Positions 56,031 to 64,000 of a stretch of DNA of 64,000 nt are shown here, piece by piece. The stretch spans positions 27,590,001-27,654,000 of the forward strand of contig NC_086381.1 of NCBI RefSeq assembly GCF_036588685.1, read 5' to 3'. Numbering within the stretch: position 1 is the first letter of the stretch; every line of letters starts with the position of its first letter. The translations under genes were made by a program, and so were the position numbers. The notes under the pieces were generated by a model, which was not told the origin of the DNA, ran no database searches, and saw only the letters and a program-made list of their open reading frames with translations. Origin of the DNA: Mytilus trossulus (Eukaryota).

Positions 56031-57666
56031 CTATATATCTGATGAACGCGGCCCTAAAAGAAATACCACTGAATTTTTGATAGGTTGGACCTGATTGGTT
56101 GTTTTCGTCTAAATCCGGGAGGTAACTCTGTAGGAATTCTGTACACTTTCAATCCACTTTTTGACTGAAGCTCTGAAAATATATGAAAATAAAATATTTC
56201 AAACTGTATACAAATAAAAATACAAAGATTATAAGAGATGGACCAAATAACTAATGATCTCCATCATCAATTAATACTTCTTATATTTTCCAATGTGAAA
56301 GAGATTTATTTCCTTTTACTTAAAATACAAGAACATATCACACTGCATACATAAGCAGGAGTTAACAATGTGCAATTGCAATATAAAAACAATTAGTTTA
56401 AAGAAAATCTTTTTATACAGTATTTTTCTTGTTCAAAAGATACAGTTTCAGAGATAGTCCACTCTGCAGACTTAAGAGAGTAAAAGAGTAAAAACTAAAC
56501 TACAGCATACCAGTCAGTTATTTAAGCATGGACAGATAGATTTGTAAATAAAAACAGGTGTGCATGATAATTTTTCTCAAAATCACCTTTACCAGTTTCA
56601 ATAAAGATGTCCCGGGAAATTCACATTTCAAACATGTTATTATTACATGTATACAATCAATGCTCATCTTTTAACAACTAATTAGGAATCTTTCTAAATT
56701 TAGCAGCTACTTTATACATGTAGTCATAGGTTTTTGAAATGTACACAGTGCAGCCTCACTTTTTAAATACCACAATTGGTACATCATTGAATGAATGAAT
56801 TATTGCGCCTTGTCTATTTTTCTCCACCAATGGGAAAAAAAGATTCATCCGCACACATGTTCACATCATTTATAAGGCACATAGAGCACCCAAAATAGAT
56901 GCATTTTAAGCACAAAATAAAGGTATTCAAGAAAAACTTCTTTCTGTAACACACAATTGATGGAGACAAAGTTTTCAATGAGAATTTAAGGTGGACTACT
57001 TGGACCCGTACCGAAAATATATTTCAGAAATATAAAATAATTGATTCTTCTCATGTTGTCACAGTAGAATACACAATATGAGTAAAAAATACATAAAAAA
57101 AGCATCTAAAAAATAAGTGAGAAAATAAGACCGAGAAAAATGCAATTTAGAGAAAAATATAACCACAGAAATTAGAAAGAAATACATTTTAATAATTCTG
57201 TAATTAGAAGATGGATTGTATTGTTCTTGGAGTATGTTTTTTCTTACCTTTTTTTTATTTAAATGTATACATGTATGTTAATTTTTTCAGGAGGGTATAC
57301 CAGAAAATGTATAACATTCTTGTTTTTTCCGAAGGATTTGGAAGAATTAGATAAATAAAAAATATGTATGTCTCTCTATCTCTATTTATCCTTTTATTTC
57401 TCTTCTTTGCATGTTATGAAATAAGTTTCTCTATATTTTTCTTCTATCAATACAGTAACCCGACTTGTCTAATCTTAAGTGAGTGCAAAAAAAAAAGATA
57501 ATAAGAAAGAAGAATAAAGAGAGATGTGGAGAGAAAGAAGAATAAAGAAAGATGTGGAGAGGGGGTTTCAGCTATATTTGATTTTGATGTACAACATATT
57601 CAGACTCTTTTTGGAAAATATTGGTGGCCCTTAAAAGGGCCGTTATTGTATAGAGTAAAGGTCAGT

Positions 57667-58131
<465 letters not shown>

Positions 58132-59459
58132 TCAAATGTTAGTGTATTTGTGCTAGCCGCAATGTTTGCAAACACGACACTGATTGGCCTTTCGGGGTAA
58201 TAAAACTCACGTTGATTGGTTGAAATCTCTGTGTTATGATTGGACTGATCTGGAAGTTACTTTCACAGCTTTCGATCCCTTTTTGGACTGAAGCTATGAT
58301 TGTTCACCCCAAGCTAACAATTGGCACAATTTGTTTCTATTCTGATAGTGTCAGCGAAAATTTGACATAAGACCAAAAAAAATAATAATCAAGAGTAATG
58401 CAGAACTTAATAATAATCTTTATTCAAATAATAAATAATTGTTTAATCAACAGTCTGACACGAAATTAATAATTGACAGGAAATGTAAATTAAAGAGCAA
58501 AATAGAAGAAGAAAAAAGAGAAAAAAAACATCATCCATCCATTTTCATCAATAGCCAGTGGTATAGAAATGCAGCCGTTTTCTTAGTTTCTCGTATAGAC
58601 ATGCTTACTATAGTACACAATTGTCACTCGTCTCAGTGTCTTAAAACAAAGAGAACACTTTTTATCCTCTCTATAGTCTTTGTGTTCTCTCTAGCTATAC
58701 AGTCTCTGTATTCTCTAGTCTCTGTATCATGTAAAGCCATGATATTCTCTATATAGTATACTGCACGCATACTGTGAAACTTGCACATTGTTGAAGTATT
58801 CTTTATTGTTTATATACGAATTTTGCAAATACAAAGGATTTGAGCTAAAAAATAATCTACACAACTATAAACATACGCATAAGTACTTTGTATAGGAACA
58901 CAAAATATATATTATATATCTAAGAGAATGTGACAGCAGAAGAGGAAGAAAAGAATTCACATAGATCACAGTTAGACAGACAACGAACGAACGAATATAT
59001 ATTATATAAAAATAAGGTCATAGATTGTATTGTGTGTGCTTATATAGTATAATATATAGGACTGCAACTTAATTTACACCAAAAAAATATGCAACATTGA
59101 CCACTAACAACTATGAGTTTTTCTTCCTCTCGTGCTTGCGCATTTTCATCGAATCTACGTTATATAGTTCGTTTATTTTCTTGGACTTTTATAGGGGAAA
59201 AAAAGAAACTCGTACTGTTCTTCATTTTTTTTCCACATCAAATATTGTTATATATATAATTAGAAAGTAGACATCTGTATGCTGTTTATAAAGAAAAGGA
59301 AAAATAAAGAGATAAAGACAAGAGAAATGGAGGGAGTGAGCTATGTTTGAGATTGCTTTCTGCATTCAACTAAATTGTACAACAAAGTCAGATTCTTTTT
59401 GAAAAATGTTGGTGGCCCTGAAAAGGGCCGTTGTAAGTGAAGTTTCTGTAGTGTTGACT

Positions 59460-59843
<384 letters not shown>

Positions 59844-60121
59844 TTAATACGTTGTTTGACTTGAACAAGTATAAACAATGATTATCCAGTTAGGTGGTAT
59901 TTTACTATTTATACCCGCAAAACGGATTGAAAGATGTTTCAGTTCTAAACCAATCAAATCATCGCTTCTTCCAGGTAGTTAGGGTTGAATGTTAGAAGGG
60001 TGCTCTCTCCGAAGTTCGCGTTAAGTAAAAACTTTCAATCCGTTTAGCCGAGTATAAATAGAAATTTTTATTAACGGCCATCATTCACTGATTACATTTC
60101 AGAGAGTATACATCTTTCAAA

Positions 60122-60496
60122 ATGCCACCAAAAGTTGGAACCAAAGGAGCCAAAAAGGCCGTAACAAAGGCAAAGACTGCCAGACCCGGCGGTGACAAGA
60201 AAAGGAGGAGGAAGAGGAGAGAATCCTATGCCATCTACATCTACAAAGTCTTGAGACAGGTTCACCCAGACACTGGAGTATCCTCAAAGGCTATGTCTAT
60301 CATGAACAGTTTTGTCAACGATATCTTTGAGAGAATCGCTGCAGAAGCTTCCCGTCTCGCTCACTACAACAAGAGATCTACCATCACATCTCGGGAGATC
60401 CAGACTGCAGTTCGTCTGCTCTTACCCGGTGAATTGGCCAAGCACGCTGTCAGTGAAGGTACCAAAGCCGTCACAAAGTACACCAGCAGCAAGTAA
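60122..60496 (+). CDS. H2B: Histone H2B
   Basis: Canonical 124 aa. Confidence 0.99.
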   Translation: MPPKVGTKGAKKAVTKAKTARPGGDKKRRRKRRESYAIYIYKVLRQVHPDTGVSSKAMSIMNSFVNDIFERIAAEASRLAHYNKRSTITSREIQTAVRLLLPGELAKHAVSEGTKAVTKYTSSK

Positions 60497-61259
60497 ACAA
60501 CGAGAAGTTTAACTTCACAAACGGCCCTTTTCAGGGCCACCAATATTTTTCAAAAAGAGTCTTATTATTGTTGTACATAACAAACTTCTAAATGAAGCTG
60601 TGTCCCACCCCAAAATGACAAATTTGTTTATATCTGAATTCTGTCTTTTTGTCTTTCTTTCTTTCTTTCTTTCTTTCTTTTTTTCTCTTCTTTATTCTTC
60701 ATTTTATTAGCCGATTTGAAAAAATATACATACACCAGAATTTAACCTTTTCACGGGTTATACATTTCTTCCCTCTTTTTTTTGGGGGGGGGAGGGGGTC
60801 TAGAATCGAACTATACTTGAATATGTATTGAAACATTATATAAAAAAATATCACGAACAGATTAAATTCACACATACGTCGACAGAGAGAAAAAAGGGGG
60901 AGGGGGATTGTTTTAGGATATAAAAACAATATAACTAGAGTTTGACAATGGAGAAAAATTCAGCAATATATCTTTTACATAAAAGAATATATATGAAATA
61001 AAGAATAATTTTATTTACATTAAAAAAATCAGGAATCATATTGTATCCAAAGTCTTGCTGGTCTTTTTTTAATAGGCTTAAATAAAAAAAGTGAAAAGAA
61101 ATTAAAAAAAATAAACGAATAAAAGAAAAAGGAAAGTAAAGAAAGTTGGACAGGAGAAAGCTATGGTTTTCATTTTAAGTACAACAAAGGCAGATTCTTT
61201 TTGAAATATGTTGGTGGCCCTGAAAAGGGCCGTTGTATTTGTATTTTTCAGCTGGCTGT

Positions 61260-61625
<366 letters not shown>

Positions 61626-63261
61626 CTATATATCTGATGAACGCGGCCCTAAAAGAAATACCACTGAATTTTTGATAGGTTGGACCTGATTGGTTGTTTT
61701 CGTCTAAATCCGGGAGGTAACTCTGTAGGAATTCTGTACACTTTCAATCCACTTTTTGACTGAAGCTCTGAAAATATATGAAAATAAAATATTTCAAACT
61801 GTATACAAATAAAAATACAAAGATTATAAGAGATGGACCAAATAACTAATGATCTCCATCATCAATTAATACTTCTTATATTTTCCAATGTGAAAGAGAT
61901 TTATTTCCTTTTACTTAAAATACAAGAACATATCACACTGCATACATAAGCAGGAGTTAACAATGTGCAATTGCAATATAAAAACAATTAGTTTAAAGAA
62001 AATCTTTTTATACAGTATTTTTCTTGTTCAAAAGATACAGTTTCAGAGATAGTCCACTCTGCAGACTTAAGAGAGTAAAAGAGTAAAAACTAAACTACAG
62101 CATACCAGTCAGTTATTTAAGCATGGACAGATAGATTTGTAAATAAAAACAGGTGTGCATGATAATTTTTCTCAAAATCACCTTTACCAGTTTCAATAAA
62201 GATGTCCCGGGAAATTCACATTTCAAACATGTTATTATTACATGTATACAATCAATGCTCATCTTTTAACAACTAATTAGGAATCTTTCTAAATTTAGCA
62301 GCTACTTTATACATGTAGTCATAGGTTTTTGAAATGTACACAGTGCAGCCTCACTTTTTAAATACCACAATTGGTACATCATTGAATGAATGAATTATTG
62401 CGCCTTGTCTATTTTTCTCCACCAATGGGAAAAAAAGATTCATCCGCACACATGTTCACATCATTTATAAGGCACATAGAGCACCCAAAATAGATGCATT
62501 TTAAGCACAAAATAAAGGTATTCAAGAAAAACTTCTTTCTGTAACACACAATTGATGGAGACAAAGTTTTCAATGAGAATTTAAGGTGGACTACTTGGAC
62601 CCGTACCGAAAATATATTTCAGAAATATAAAATAATTGATTCTTCTCATGTTGTCACAGTAGAATACACAATATGAGTAAAAAATACATAAAAAAAGCAT
62701 CTAAAAAATAAGTGAGAAAATAAGACCGAGAAAAATGCAATTTAGAGAAAAATATAACCACAGAAATTAGAAAGAAATACATTTTAATAATTCTGTAATT
62801 AGAAGATGGATTGTATTGTTCTTGGAGTATGTTTTTTCTTACCTTTTTTTTATTTAAATGTATACATGTATGTTAATTTTTTCAGGAGGGTATACCAGAA
62901 AATGTATAACATTCTTGTTTTTTCCGAAGGATTTGGAAGAATTAGATAAATAAAAAATATGTATGTCTCTCTATCTCTATTTATCCTTTTATTTCTCTTC
63001 TTTGCATGTTATGAAATAAGTTTCTCTATATTTTTCTTCTATCAATACAGTAACCCGACTTGTCTAATCTTAAGTGAGTGCAAAAAAAAAAGATAATAAG
63101 AAAGAAGAATAAAGAGAGATGTGGAGAGAAAGAAGAATAAAGAAAGATGTGGAGAGGGGGTTTCAGCTATATTTGATTTTGATGTACAACATATTCAGAC
63201 TCTTTTTGGAAAATATTGGTGGCCCTTAAAAGGGCCGTTATTGTATAGAGTAAAGGTCAGT

Positions 63262-63726
<465 letters not shown>

Positions 63727-64000
63727 TCAAATGTTAGTGTATTTGTGCTAGCCGCAATGTTTGCAAACACGACACTGATTGGCCTTTCGGGGTAATAAAA
63801 CTCACGTTGATTGGTTGAAATCTCTGTGTTATGATTGGACTGATCTGGAAGTTACTTTCACAGCTTTCGATCCCTTTTTGGACTGAAGCTATGATTGTTC
63901 ACCCCAAGCTAACAATTGGCACAATTTGTTTCTATTCTGATAGTGTCAGCGAAAATTTGACATAAGACCAAAAAAAATAATAATCAAGAGTAATGCAGAA

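Overview
AT-rich eukaryotic genomic DNA with spliceosomal introns. The histone sequences, the ~5.6 kb H1-less core-histone unit and the repeat families suggest a bivalve mollusc, most likely Mytilus (inference). Left part (1-38.5 kb): four minus-strand coding exons of a divergent kinesin-9 (KIF6/KIF9-like) motor gene that continues beyond position 1; a two-coding-exon archaemetzincin (AMZ2-like) gene on the plus strand, apparently head-to-head with the kinesin gene around a short promoter-like island at ~20.95 kb; a small unannotated minus-strand gene for a Q/P-rich membrane-anchored protein; and many mobile elements. These include a 5'-truncated L1/Tx1 LINE with a 13-bp TSD, two other LINE 3' fragments, Helentron-type HINEs with 167-168 bp internal repeats, several MITEs with TSDs, a tRNA-like head and a minisatellite. 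Right part (38.6-64 kb): tandem replication-dependent core histone units (H4>, <H2B, H2A>, H3>; no H1 or 5S seen). Two sequence-distinct arrays (5611-5613 bp and 5594-5595 bp units) lie in opposite orientation across a 100-N gap. Most notable observations: a GGAT(T/C)GAAAG element ~180-200 bp upstream of all four core histone ATGs, a mirror-symmetric H2A/H2B promoter, a bipartite downstream element shared by all four genes, a promoter-less H2A at the array edge, and non-canonical switch-I residues in the kinesin.
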